64,000 nt of DNA from Trypanosoma brucei. Taxonomy: Eukaryota. The DNA is taken from the NCBI GenBank assembly GCA_000002445.1, contig CH464491.1, forward strand, positions 1,056,001 through 1,120,000. Direction: 5' to 3'. Below the pieces are notes generated by a model. The model had not been told where the DNA came from. It worked only from the letters and a program-made list of their open reading frames with translations, and made no database searches. The position numbers and the translations under genes were made by a program. Below are positions 10,638-21,849 of the stretch, in pieces. Within the stretch, counting starts at the first letter, position 1. The number at the start of each line of letters is the position of its first letter.

Positions 10638-12377
10638 ATGATTACATCGGCTGCTCATTTCGCTTGGTGTTACTCTAATTGTTTTTCATCCCTTCGCCAC
10701 TGTAGCCGTAGTAAACTGAAGATTGACATGACTGACAGCGAGTCGGATGCAGGGTTCATCCAACTGCGGAACCGGCTGCTAGAACTACTGTATAGTAGCA
10801 ACTCATCCTTTTCCGTGGATCAAATTGCGCGCATACTCGCTGTGGATGAGTCAAAAATTGTGAATGAACTAAAACACGTTGCTCACAATGACGTGGCGTA
10901 CGATGAGGCAAAAGGAATTGTGCAAGTACGCGCGGATATGTGGAAACCACGGTCAATGAAGGCTGGAGATGTTGTTATTGACACGGCCGCGACAACGACC
11001 CCCGCGGCTGTTGCTGATGTGGCTCCTGGAAGTGTCGCTGTGGAAGCCTATGGTGGTGGCACCTCTGGTGGTGGGGTTGAGCGAAGGAACATAAATGCAG
11101 GGGGGCCGCTTACGCCTTCACCGGTGTTGGGTAGTCCATTGAATCCCATGTTTAAGGCCTACCCAAAGTACGGCAGCCACAATTATTACCCCAATCGTGG
11201 CATGCGTGTTCTGGCGCCCAAAGGGGCGTTACGTAAAACGAAGTACCGCCGTACCGGTGATGCTGAAACGCTCGGTAAAGGTGGCGGCATGAGAGATGAG
11301 GGAACGTCACCAACGGGGCGTGTTGGTTATGTTTGTGTTGCGGATGAGTTCCGTCTCAGTGAGATGGAGTCATACTACTGTGCACAGGGTTATTATGCAA
11401 AGTTTGCTTTCGATGTTCTTCATATTCGCTTCTCTGACAGGGAGATGAAGGCAAAGGACCCACGCGGTGATGGCTTGGGGGCTGGAGGCAGCGGTTGCCA
11501 GGATGGCTCTGGTAACAATTTGGATAATTCAAGCACCAACCCTGCTGGAGGTGAAAAGGTTACCGATCGGACCACTTCATCTGCATTTACGAAACTATCC
11601 CGAAGTGCCGGCTTTGATCTGTTTGTGTTTGGGTACGGGGCGGTGGTGTGGTGGGGATTCGACCAGCGTTTTTTCAAAATTGTGGAGAACGACTTTATGT
11701 TGTCCAGCAGCCCTATTTCCAACCTTATGGTGAACCGCTATGCCACGCATTTGGTGAATGCAAACTACCCTGTGTGGTGTACATACAATCTTGCCCGCAA
11801 AGAATCGCTGGAACCTGATGAACACTTTCGGGAGCAACTCCGCTTCGATCACTTTCTCATTCCATGTGGTCGTGGGGATTTTTCTACAGGTAATGTGTGC
11901 ATGTTATGCGTTTCGCACGCCCTTGCGCAGTCAGCAAAAATTGACTACCTTGAGCTGAAGGTGCAAGAACTGGCGGAGAGATGCTCCCCGCTGCCGCGGG
12001 AACTGCGTGAAAATGGTCGAGTGACCATTGCGGAACGGCGGCTTCTGCAACTCCGTGGGGAGGTGCTGTCGTATCGGTTGATGCTTAAGAGCGGATCTAA
12101 TCTCATGGATGAACCCGACTTCTTTTGGGAAAACGCTTACTTAAAGCCAGTGTTTCAAGCTACCAAGGAGTATTTTGAAATTGCGGAGCGTGTTGAGGCA
12201 CTGGATAATAAACTGGACGCAGCAAACGAAATATTGTCGATGATTGCGGAGGAGTTCTCACAACGTCATGGTGCGCGGCTGGAGTGGATTGTCATTTGGC
12301 TCGTCTTCGTGGAGGTTATTCTTGGTGTGCTGGAGTTGATTATTAACATCAAGCCTTGGGTGGAACGCGGGAAGTGA
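10638..12377 (+). CDS. DUF155 / RMD1 (Rmd1-Sif2) family protein
   Basis: Central block FAFDVLHIRFSD...DLFVFGYGAVVWWGFDQRFF matches the DUF155 core (FVFEYGVVVFWNF-type). C-terminal amphipathic region with a terminal hydrophobic helix. First ATG is 10638 (ORF-track start 10617 is TTG). A one-codon uORF atgtaa sits at 10606. Confidence 0.55.
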   Translation: MITSAAHFAWCYSNCFSSLRHCSRSKLKIDMTDSESDAGFIQLRNRLLELLYSSNSSFSVDQIARILAVDESKIVNELKHVAHNDVAYDEAKGIVQVRADMWKPRSMKAGDVVIDTAATTTPAAVADVAPGSVAVEAYGGGTSGGGVERRNINAGGPLTPSPVLGSPLNPMFKAYPKYGSHNYYPNRGMRVLAPKGALRKTKYRRTGDAETLGKGGGMRDEGTSPTGRVGYVCVADEFRLSEMESYYCAQGYYAKFAFDVLHIRFSDREMKAKDPRGDGLGAGGSGCQDGSGNNLDNSSTNPAGGEKVTDRTTSSAFTKLSRSAGFDLFVFGYGAVVWWGFDQRFFKIVENDFMLSSSPISNLMVNRYATHLVNANYPVWCTYNLARKESLEPDEHFREQLRFDHFLIPCGRGDFSTGNVCMLCVSHALAQSAKIDYLELKVQELAERCSPLPRELRENGRVTIAERRLLQLRGEVLSYRLMLKSGSNLMDEPDFFWENAYLKPVFQATKEYFEIAERVEALDNKLDAANEILSMIAEEFSQRHGARLEWIVIWLVFVEVILGVLELIINIKPWVERGK

Positions 12378-12892
12378 GGGAAAAAGAAAGTATTAAGAGA
12401 GGAAAGTGTAGGTATAAGAGGGTGCAAAGAGAGCAAAAAAAGAAATAATAATAATAAATGGAGTACCAGGTTTCTGTGTTTGTGGAATGGGTGCCACAAC
12501 AAAGTGCCTGTGGAGAATGTGGTGTTGGTTGTGCGTTTCCAATGTTTCTAACATTAACGGAGGCGCTGAAACGCAATATGGGAGAGGTGGTACAATTTGG
12601 TGCCTTGCATAATAATTTCCCATTGTTTCTTCGCTGTTGGTTGCCGATTTATGCGTTGCAGTTAAGAAATGGATGAAAATAAAGGGAACTTCGTTTCAAG
12701 CCCTATTGGTTCATTTTTTTAGTTCGGGCTACATCCACTTCATATTTGTTTAATATTTAGTACTCAGTTGTTTCTTTTTCTCTAAATAAAAGAATATATA
12801 TATTCTTTGTTATACCCTCCTCCTACTATTGTATTTTGGCCCCTTTAGTTTCGCATTCTTCTGGACGTGTGCTTAGACAAAAGAGTATCCAT

Positions 12893-12926
<34 letters not shown>

Positions 12927-13266
12927 TTCGTGTGTGTGCTTCTGTTCATGCGAGGGGTAATTTGATCGTTTCCTCTTCTCTTTATCCTTCAACCAATTTG
13001 ACCTATTCTTTCTTTTTCTTCACGTGGTCACGTTAAGCTTTAGAGGTATCGACATCCCGCCTCTTTGCCTGCAGAAGTAAAAAGAAATTGCACCTGTGGC
13101 AGGCCAGCACGAAGAACTGAAGCACTGTCGTGTGTGTAATATCAGTTGGGGTTTCAGTGGTGTAGGCAGAGTGAGGCATAATACAAATATTGTGAGGGAA
13201 TTTGCCATATTATTCGACATCAGACAGAGGGGAAAGTCAAACAAAGGGAAAAGTACGAGTACATAG

Positions 13267-13482
13267 ATGATCATTCCTGTTCGGTGTTTCACATGCGGCA
13301 ACGTTATTGCAGACAAATATCTGTTGTATCTTGACCTTGTTGCTGAGGGCTCGTCAGAAGAAGCTGCATTGGATGCTTTCAACCTTTGGCGGTTCTGCTG
13401 CCGCCGCATGTTTCTCACACATGTGGACTTCTCCGATCTCTTGCTGAAATATAACCCGGCTGACTCCAGTGTTGCGGTGTAA
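13267..13482 (+). CDS. RPB10: DNA-directed RNA polymerases I/II/III subunit RPABC5 (RPB10)
   Basis: MIIPVRCFTCGNVIADKY...RFCCRRMFLTHVDF...YNP is near-identical in pattern to eukaryotic RPB10 (MIIPVRCFTCGKVIGNKW...[23 protein letters not shown]), with the CX2C...CC zinc motif. Confidence 0.9.
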   Translation: MIIPVRCFTCGNVIADKYLLYLDLVAEGSSEEAALDAFNLWRFCCRRMFLTHVDFSDLLLKYNPADSSVAV

Positions 13483-14179
13483 GCGAAAGAAGCCGTTATG
13501 AGCGCAAGGTTGAGAGGGGGGGGGTTGAGATATATGCGCGTGCCACCTGCCTTTTGTTTGTTTTGATTTGAATAAGCTCTTCGGTTTGAGAGGGGTGGTG
13601 GGGAAATTACATGTGCATGCAAAGAAAGTGAAGGGTATATATGTGTGTGCGTGTGTTATGCATCACGTTCCATGAAATACTCGCAGTTTGTGGGACATGT
13701 TCAACTCTCCAGTTTTATTGACTCCATTCCTTACTGTCCCTGACTAACGTGTGTGTCCTGCTCGTTATTATGCTGCGCTTTATCTTCTCCTGTTTTTTTT
13801 TTAAAAAAAGACACATGCACGAAAAAAAAAAGGAAAATGGTGTAGGGCGCGGAGTAAAAGTTTATGTCTTGTCCACTCGAGTTTGTATTTTTTGTGTTTT
13901 ATCGCCGCATTTTGAATTCTTTGGTCACCATAATGGTGCACTCACTTCCTCCCGGCATTATGCTTTCTCTTTTCCTTGCCCTTTTCTCATTTCTCAGTTT
14001 GTTTAGTTAATTACTCACTCCCTCTAGGTTTATTTACACAGATTAGTTGCGGTTACCTCCCACTGCCTGCTGCGTCCGTTGTCAGCACCACCGCTGCAGT
14101 GTTCTATCAAAAAAGAGAAAAGCAAAAAAGAAAAGAAAAGAAAAGAACGAAGTTGTGACAGGTTAGCAAACATACAAAT

Positions 14180-15727
14180 ATGGTAGGGCAAACCCAATCG
14201 ACAAAAGTGTTGTCGTCCTCAACGTCTCAAGTTGGTCGAGCACGTGTTGACCCTAAGCGAAGGTACGGCTTCGCAAATGCCGTGGCAAAGGGTTCGTTGG
14301 CACGACGCGTGGGTGTAATGAGCGAAAGTGAGCTTTGCAACATCCGCCACATCCTTACTGCTGATGAAGACAGCTACAACGCATATCGCCGCCATGTGGA
14401 TGAACAGCGGGCGGAAGCATCGAAGGCACGTGTTGCTGACTGGCCTGATACTCTCCAAGCTAAGCAGGAAGCATTTTTACGCCTCCGTGAACAGGAAAAG
14501 AAAGAGGAGGAACGCCGCAAAGCAATGCTGATTGAGTTGAGTGGCCAACACCAGGAAGAGGAAAGGAAACAAAAGCAGGCACATATGGCGATGAAACTGC
14601 TTCAGGAAGACCCACGTAGCCATCATGTGCGTAGTCTTATTCTGCTGGACGAAGCGATAAAGGACCGCGATGCGCAGCTTGCCGTGAAGGCGCAGGTTAA
14701 GAAAGCGGAGGAAGAACAACAGAAGAGGGAGCAGGAGATACTTATGAGCGGGGCGCACGATCACATATTGAAGGAGCAGCAGGAGAAGTATGACCGCATC
14801 GCCCGTGAAGTAGATCTCAAGAATAACCACCTTCAACAGATGATGTTCCAGATTGCTGAGAGAAAGAAGCTGAAGGCCTTGAGCAAGGATGACGCGATTG
14901 AGGCCAAGCGTGCAGCAGAGGAGGAGGAGCAGGAAAATTTGGAAGAGTTCATGGACATGCGGAAGAAGATGGCAGAGGTGGACAAATACAATCGAAGTAT
15001 AGCGAAACCACCGCTTTCTAAGCATGGTCGCCTCCTGGAACGCATCAAACGCGACGAACTTGAGGAGAAGGAGCACTCAAGACAGGAACAGGCCCTTGAA
15101 GAGGCCAAGAAGGATATTAAAGCACGGATTGAAAGGAAGCGGGAATACTTTGAGAGGGCCAAGGAAATCAGCCACAAAGCGTTTGAAGCGGAGCACCGTG
15201 CGACGCAGCAAATTGCACAAACCCAGGACGTGTTTGAGAAGCGGTGGACTGATATGGTTGGTCGTATGGCTGCTGACGATGACGCGCGCAAGCAGCAAAT
15301 GGTAGAGGAGCGGCGGCGCAAGGCAGAAGAATTGCGTCGCAGGACGATGGGTGAGGTGGAGCCAGAGGTGCTTCCAGAAAACATCCGTAAGGCACAAACA
15401 CACCGTGCTGGCTTCATGGACGATGAGGAGGCACGGGCTTATCAATTAGAGATGCGAAAGCACCCGGAGAGGGTGCGGATGGAACAGCGGTTAGAAGCGG
15501 AGCGGCTGCGCAGAGAGGCGGAATTGCTGCAACACATCCACAAGCTGCAAGCGGAGGAGAGAAAGGAGAATGAGCGACGTGAGGAAGCAATGGAATTGGA
15601 AGCGCAGCGGTTACTGGAGGAGGCAGTAAAGGAGGATGAAGAGCGCTATAGGGCATATGTGGAGTCGCAGTTACCAGCCAACATGAATCCTTACCTGCGT
15701 CAGAAAGCAATGGAGTTGCACGTGTAA
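14180..15727 (+). CDS. charged (E/K/R/Q-rich) coiled-coil protein, trichohyalin-like low complexity
   Basis: 515 aa, almost entirely heptad-compatible charged residues (EEERRKAMLIEL, EEEQQKREQEIL...). Spurious antisense ORFs (L/S-rich) on the minus strand confirm the codon bias. Confidence 0.55.
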   Translation: MVGQTQSTKVLSSSTSQVGRARVDPKRRYGFANAVAKGSLARRVGVMSESELCNIRHILTADEDSYNAYRRHVDEQRAEASKARVADWPDTLQAKQEAFLRLREQEKKEEERRKAMLIELSGQHQEEERKQKQAHMAMKLLQEDPRSHHVRSLILLDEAIKDRDAQLAVKAQVKKAEEEQQKREQEILMSGAHDHILKEQQEKYDRIAREVDLKNNHLQQMMFQIAERKKLKALSKDDAIEAKRAAEEEEQENLEEFMDMRKKMAEVDKYNRSIAKPPLSKHGRLLERIKRDELEEKEHSRQEQALEEAKKDIKARIERKREYFERAKEISHKAFEAEHRATQQIAQTQDVFEKRWTDMVGRMAADDDARKQQMVEERRRKAEELRRRTMGEVEPEVLPENIRKAQTHRAGFMDDEEARAYQLEMRKHPERVRMEQRLEAERLRREAELLQHIHKLQAEERKENERREEAMELEAQRLLEEAVKEDEERYRAYVESQLPANMNPYLRQKAMELHV

Positions 15728-17133
15728 GAAATTATGTAACACTTGCTTCCCATCCTCTCTTTTGACACAACACGGAGGAGCCGCGAGACAATACGCAAGC
15801 CAAGTGAAGTGAAGTGAAGTGCATTAGAGCGGGTGTGCGTGCACTTACACGTTCGTGTGAACCTGCGACGGAAGTTATGGTATGTATGTGTGTATGTGTA
15901 TTTTTCATTTTTTGTTTTTTGTTATGGTGGTGACATATATAGAGTAGTGCAAAAAACAACACTAAAAAGAAAGGTGGATGAGGGAGGTTGTGCGAGGTAA
16001 ATATGAGAAGAACAGGTGTAGAATTGGATTGACTGTTGTGTTTTCGTGTTTACCGGTGGTTCCGATCGATACCTCGTGCTTCTCCTCTAGGCGATTATGG
16101 GAAGAAAGACAATGGATCGAAAAGAACAACGGAGACAGAAAAAAACAACAACAACTCGAGAACGGCACAAAGAAAAAGTAGAAAAAGAGGACGGTTTCGA
16201 CCAAGGGCGCCTCATGCGCCCAATATTGAATGTTGAGCTAGATGTATCTGTACTGGTCCAATCGTGGGCCCCCTTTTACCGAAGCCGCTGCTGTTTTTGT
16301 GGTTTCGTTTCCTTTTAGAGTTGGGTAGTTTATCTTGCTGCTCTCCGTCATTTTAAAAGGAAAACGAACAAGCCAAAGAAAAAAAGGGGAAGGATTTCTT
16401 ACAGGCAGCATCGCCTGAAGGGGGAAACGAGTTGCGCCGCGAAGGCCCATGGCCCCATCCGTACGTTTGTTTTCTGTCGGACCACCATGGCTTTCTTTTT
16501 TTTTTAATTTTTGTTCTCTCTCACTCCCGTGCCCCTATTGTTATTTCAAATGATGTGTTTCACTCCCAAATGGATCGATGGCAGCCCTTGTTCAAATTAT
16601 TTGCATAATAATGATACCAAAAACCTCCCTTATTTTTCTCTTCTCTTGCATTCCTTTGATTTGAATGTTGCATATTCTTTTCACCCCCTTCAAAAAAAAA
16701 AAAATAATAATAATAACAATAACTGAAATAAAGAAGGCAACCCGTATTTAAACTACTACAGGAACAGCATTTATTGCACTCGCTCTCATTTGAGTGGTTT
16801 GCCGTGTGGCTGGTCAGTTGTTGTAGCTTTGTGGAATCACACTTTGCTGTGGAAGGTGGGAGTGTGACAGTGACTGAAAGAAAAATAAAATAAAAATTTC
16901 AAAAATAAAAGAAGGCGGTGCCACATTTCGACAACAAATTGGGGAAAAGAAAGGACATTTCTGATTTTGATTTCAGCAAGTGATCGAAAGTAATTGCGGT
17001 AAAGGGGGAAGTCGGCCAATATACACGCATATATATATATATATATATATATTCGTTTGCTTTCTTCGCGGAAATTAGAGGCACTATCATACGGCAGTGG
17101 GAGGGACCTAGTGAAACTTCTCTCGCGCACTTC

Positions 17134-18516
17134 ATGATCCGTTGGGACCATGGGGGGTTGGTAACGTCCCCCGCAACTACTGCAGCAAGTGCAGGGATGG
17201 GCTGCGAATATCCTTTTCACCAGGATAATAACCAAACGAGCATATATCCCTCACCACCACCAGGCGTCACTGGGGAGCCGCAAAATATCAGCACGGCGAC
17301 AAGAGTAAATGATGTAGGGGGAGGGGCTGTGGAAGCTCCACACAATATTCCTGCTGGAGCACCATCATCCAACCGTCATCCGTTGGCAGAGAGCGGTGCA
17401 GGGCTTCCTTTCCGCTTTTCACAAAGGGGGTTACCGCCCCATTCCACGCATTTTGTGGATCCGTACAGTCACAACTATTCGATGTACAACAGTTGTGGCC
17501 CACCGCCATCCTCAGTAGGTTACCAACGGTTATGTGGTGGGGCCCCACCTCCTCTACAATTCCGCTCAGGGTCTTCACAGATGTGGCATACTACGGTGAT
17601 GGTTCCCACCCAACACTGGGGAGCGGTTGGTTATTTCCCTGCAATAGTTACCCGTCCCTCGCAACTGAATTTTTCCGGTTCATATGATCCAGTGGCGTGG
17701 TCGGGCCCACCGAGCTATCCTGGGCAATTTGCAGCGGGTAATCGCCGTCAGTTGGGTCAACAAGAACAGTATCGGCAACCGTACTCTAACTACCATAACC
17801 GACCACAACCTCACCGCCAAATGCATGCACAACCACCATATATGGCTCACCGTATGACGGTAAATGCAGTTACGTATGGCTTTGGGGATCCTACACTGGG
17901 GGTTTACCGCACCTCTGCTGATGGGTGGAAATACCGCGGGGCATATGGTGGTGGACGGCGCCCTTCACCTCCATTCCAAGCGATGGTCACTCGACCACTG
18001 GTTTCTAGCAACGGACGCCGCAGGCGGGGGACTCACGCCAGAGCAAACATGGCTGGTGGCTGGGGAGATTTGGATACCTACGACTTATATGCGTTTGAGG
18101 CCGGTGAAAACCTTGATGTGGATAATATGTCTTATGAGGAGTTGTTGGAGCTCACAGAGCGTCTCGGAATGGTGGAGCGTGGTGTGCAACCCGCGAGACT
18201 GAACGAACTGCGTGTTGTGATTACACCTACTCACGTGAAGCAACAATTAGAATCCGATAGGATGGTAGCTGGCCGTAATGGGCTCGTTAAGGGGGGTGCA
18301 AATATTGACCAGGAGGAAAAGGAAGCAAATGAGAAAATGTGCGAGGAAGATCCAATCAAATGTTGTATTTGTCTAGATGGCGTCCTAGTTGGACAAACGG
18401 CCACGCGAATGCCTTGCTGCCGAAACTTTCTTCACGCGTCGTGTGCCGCTCCATGGTTCGAGTCACACTTCCGTTGCCCAATCTGCAAGTCTGATATCCG
18501 TGGCGGCGATCATTAG
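17134..18516 (+). CDS. C-terminal RING-type zinc-finger protein (putative E3 ubiquitin ligase) with P/Q/G-rich N-terminal region
   Basis: C-terminus CCICLDGVLVGQTATRMPCCRNFLHASCAAPWFESHFRCPICKSD has a C-x2-C...C...H...C...H...C-x2-C arrangement (atypical spacing). N-terminal 300 aa is proline/glutamine/tyrosine-rich. Confidence 0.6.
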   Translation: MIRWDHGGLVTSPATTAASAGMGCEYPFHQDNNQTSIYPSPPPGVTGEPQNISTATRVNDVGGGAVEAPHNIPAGAPSSNRHPLAESGAGLPFRFSQRGLPPHSTHFVDPYSHNYSMYNSCGPPPSSVGYQRLCGGAPPPLQFRSGSSQMWHTTVMVPTQHWGAVGYFPAIVTRPSQLNFSGSYDPVAWSGPPSYPGQFAAGNRRQLGQQEQYRQPYSNYHNRPQPHRQMHAQPPYMAHRMTVNAVTYGFGDPTLGVYRTSADGWKYRGAYGGGRRPSPPFQAMVTRPLVSSNGRRRRGTHARANMAGGWGDLDTYDLYAFEAGENLDVDNMSYEELLELTERLGMVERGVQPARLNELRVVITPTHVKQQLESDRMVAGRNGLVKGGANIDQEEKEANEKMCEEDPIKCCICLDGVLVGQTATRMPCCRNFLHASCAAPWFESHFRCPICKSDIRGGDH

Positions 18517-19577
18517 CTATTTTTGTTCGACCGTCATGCTACCCAGTTGCAACACCTTCTCGCTCTTGTCACTTTGCAGTGCAATGGCTTGCGAGGGAAA
18601 CAAAGGGAAAATGTAATGTGTTAAAAAGAGGGGAAAGGGAGTTGGGAACATGTTACTAAGGTTGTAACCCATTTTCACGGGTTCACTTTACTTTGCTTTG
18701 ATTTTCTTCTCTCTCTCTCTCTCTCCTTTTTTTTTTCCACCGGTTGCTTTAATGAGTTTCCAAACTGCTGTTTTCCTACTCTACTAACCGCTTTCTTTCC
18801 CCCTCCTCCTCTCAAGGGAGTTTCGGTTGATAGGAGAAATTTCATTGCCCACCAATGACCGTCTTTATTATTATTATTATCATTATTATTATTATTTATA
18901 CTCTTGTCGTTGCCGTTGGTGTTTTGCTTCCCTGTCTTCCCCTACCGTCACGCTAACTACTCTTCTGCATTATGGTCGTATGTAAAAGTGTCCGTAAAAA
19001 AAAAAAATAATAATGAAAGAAGGAGTACCGTAAAAATACAGCGCGATTTGTTTGTAAAAAAAGAAACAAAAAGATAAAGAAAGAAAGGATGTGTGCGTGT
19101 CTGTATTTGTGCGGAACGGACTAGTGGGAAAAGGGATCATGGGATGCAAAATGTTAGGGGAAGGGGGAGTGAGATGATATAAGTGAGGAAAAGAGAATCA
19201 TGGTGGCGGTGAACACTGAAAGACGGTGATTTCTTTTCTTTTTCTTTTTTTTTTTTGGAACGTGCACGTTTTTTTTTCTTTTTTCTTTTTTGCTGATCGA
19301 CGTTATATGATACGTATTCATGTAAATATATTTATTCATTTACATATTTATTTATATCTACATTAACCGAGGAAGTTGCTGTTGTTCATAAATGCCTCTC
19401 ACGGGGAAAAGAACCGATGGCGGTGATGGGGAATGGAGGTTAACAAAAGGGGGATTGATGTCCGGGGAAAGGAAAAGAAAAGAATAAAAAAATTAGAAAA
19501 AAAAGAGAGGAAATAAAATAAGAAAAGGGAGTTAAGAAGGAAGGAGGAAACACAAATGTTGAACAGGAAAAGAGACT

Positions 19578-19582
<5 letters not shown>

Positions 19583-19618
<36 letters not shown>
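19583..19618. repeat. (TA)18 dinucleotide microsatellite
   Basis: Uninterrupted tatata... run. One of >=15 (TA)n/(AT)n loci in intergenic DNA: 2924-2944, 12896-12922, 17029-17052, 21549-21569, 26335-26352, 35775-35813, 40684-40699, 42323-42340, 54321-54336, 57103-57134 and others. Confidence 0.95.
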
Positions 19619-19622
<4 letters not shown>

Positions 19623-19814
19623 GAAGGGAGCGTTGGATGAGAGGCGCGTATTTATATAAAATGTAAAAAGCAAGCGCGGAGAAAAGAATTTAGCGGTTAC
19701 TAAGAAAGCATGCGTGCGTGTTTAAAAGAAGAGAGAAGGAAGTGAAATAATAATAAGAAAAAAAAACGAAAAATTAAGACCCGAGTTCCTCCCGCTTCCC
19801 TCACCGCGAACCAA

Positions 19815-20450
19815 ATGGTCCTTAACCCGTGTTCCTCTATTCTTATTTTTCCTTTTTCTTTGAAACTCCTTACAATTCTTTTTGTTTCGTTTTTGTTCTT
19901 TTCTTTTTCTCTTTTTCCCGGTTACCCTCTGCGGTTTATTTACCTACATTTTATGTTTATGTTTGTGCTTGTTTTTTTTTTCTTCCCTTCCCTCATGATT
20001 CGATGACCTTATCCTTTTCTTTTCGGTTGTTGGTTTGTGTTCTTTTTTTTTGTTTTTGTCGCCTTCTTCGTATTAGCTTTTCTTGAAGGTGCTTGTGTTT
20101 TGTTCGCGGTGTTCTTTTTTTTCTTTCTTCCTTTTTTTTTCTTTTTTTCTTTTTCTTTTTTTTTTTTTACAATTAGTTTGTTTGTGTCTTTGGGTTTACT
20201 CCAGTTTTCACTTCTTCCTTTTCTCCTCATATTACTTACTTCTGTTCGTCTTTTTTTTTTCTTTTTTGTTACTGTAAGTGTTTACTCTGCTAGCGATAAG
20301 CTGACAGTAACTTCTCGCCCCTTACTCTCCCTGTTTCTCCCTTTTTTTTCATTTTTATTTATTTATTTGTTTGCCTACTTACTTCTTTCTTACTTTTTTA
20401 GATAAGTTTCCCTCGGCGTATATGTCTGTGTGCGTTGCTACTGCTGTGGA
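19815..20450 (+). repeat. ~630-nt near-pure polypyrimidine (T/C) low-complexity block on the coding strand
   Basis: Sequence is almost exclusively t and c (ttttctttttc... motifs). The complement yields the K-rich pseudo-ORF 20009..20230. Followed by an AT-rich tacata/tatata block (20577-20760) and a polypurine block (20790-20860). Confidence 0.85.
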
Positions 20451-21849
20451 GGGGATTTTTATTTTTATTTTTTTTCTTTTTGTTATTATGAGTACAAGAG
20501 GGAGCTTAAAGAAAAAGTGAAAGATGCATATGTGGTTTTCCACACACTCAGAGTGAATGACTGAAGTGGTGGTTGTATGAAATACACAAATATATACGTA
20601 TATATAAATATATATATTTCTTTATGTATTCATACATATATTCACATATTTACATATTTTTATATAAATGTGTGTATTAATAATGATACTACTAGTAGTG
20701 ATATATATGTTTATATGTATTTATTTATATATATTTATGTACTCGTGTGTGCCCTTATGCTTACGTAGGATAACAGATACATATGCACACAAACAAGAAA
20801 AGAAAAAAAAGAAGAAAAAGAGAAAAGGAGGAAAGAAGAAAATGAACATTTACACCCCAGTGCTTTCCTGTGGATTTGTTCTTAATCGAACACACTCCCT
20901 CAAATCCCCCCCGTTTTTTTATATATTGAGTAAAAGCTGCCTCTTTTCTTTTTCTTTTTTTTTTCGTAATGATTGTTTTATTTAAAATATAAAAACTAAT
21001 ATTTTTGTTTTTGTTTCATTTTTGCCTCTTTGAGGAAGGGAAGGAAAGGGAAGGAGGGGAGAAGGGAGGACTCACGAGGGTGATTGAGGGGAGTTCTACA
21101 AAAAAAGTTGATTTTTGGCAGGGTGGCATTTCGTTAAAATTTTTTTATTTTCTTTTTTCTTTTTTTTTTTGCTTCGGTGTGGTGAAGGGCGATGATGGAG
21201 CTGACGTGGATTTACCCACGTTTATCTCTTTTTCTTTCTTTCCTTCTTGTTTCGTTTTTGTTTCGTTTCGTTGTGTTTGTGATTGTGCTTGTGTCTTACT
21301 TGCGTGTCATAATTTGTGAAAAAGAAGGGGTGGGGTTTGTAAGGAAAGGAAAAAGGAAAAAAAATTAGAAATAAAAATAGAAGGGAAGGGAAGAAAAGAG
21401 GGAAAAGAAATAAATGAATAACAAAGGGGGAAAGGAATGAAGGTATTGCAGGAAGTTAAGTTGTAGGTGTTTGTTGGGTGGTCGGTAACAGAAATAAAAA
21501 CGAAAAGAATCGCACATTTTTTTAAAAAAATTTCGAAACGATCATCGAATATATATATATATATATATTATGCCGAAAGAAAAGATTCATTCTCCCCGTT
21601 TTCATATCTAATTTTCATTATTATTACTATTATTGTATATTGACTTTTTCTTGCTTTCCTTCCCCTGGGCATTATGTTGTTTGCCGTCGTCGTAATTCTT
21701 AAGGGAATGTGGTCAACCACTCACGCCCCCCTTCTTAGCATTTTTTTTTTGTTTCACCACCCTTTCCTCAAATCCAGGAACAAAAAATAACCGAAATAAC
21801 CAAAACAAACAAACAATAAATGAGCGTATCGTCTCTATGAAAAGTTAAG

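Noticed and set aside
13020-13622. 200-aa minus-strand ORF overlapping RPB10
   Set aside because: RPB10 on the + strand is unambiguous. The minus ORF is low-complexity nonsense (SPPPLSNRRAYSNQNKQK...) with no support. Likewise 4156..4644-, 47209..47916-, 14477..15076-, 14833..15417-, 33175..33813- are antisense/low-complexity artefacts.
16204-16220. Small palindromes (gggcgcctcatgcgccc at 16204-16220; T(n)A(n) runs at 3283-3305, 3821-3850, 13789-13808)
   Set aside because: Stems of 6 bp or A/T-only pairs are expected by chance in AT/low-complexity spacers. They are not comparable to the 16- and 23-bp perfect inverted repeats reported.
17197-17199. Internal MGC as true start of the RING protein (N-myristoylation/palmitoylation motif)
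   Set aside because: An upstream in-frame ATG at 17134 follows a polyY/AG and is the first ATG. Without SL-site data the shorter form is speculation and is kept only as a note in the findings.
20009-20230. K-rich 73-aa minus-strand ORF and multiple F/L-rich + ORFs in 19815-20450
   Set aside because: Pure by-product of the polypyrimidine block. No start context and no complexity.
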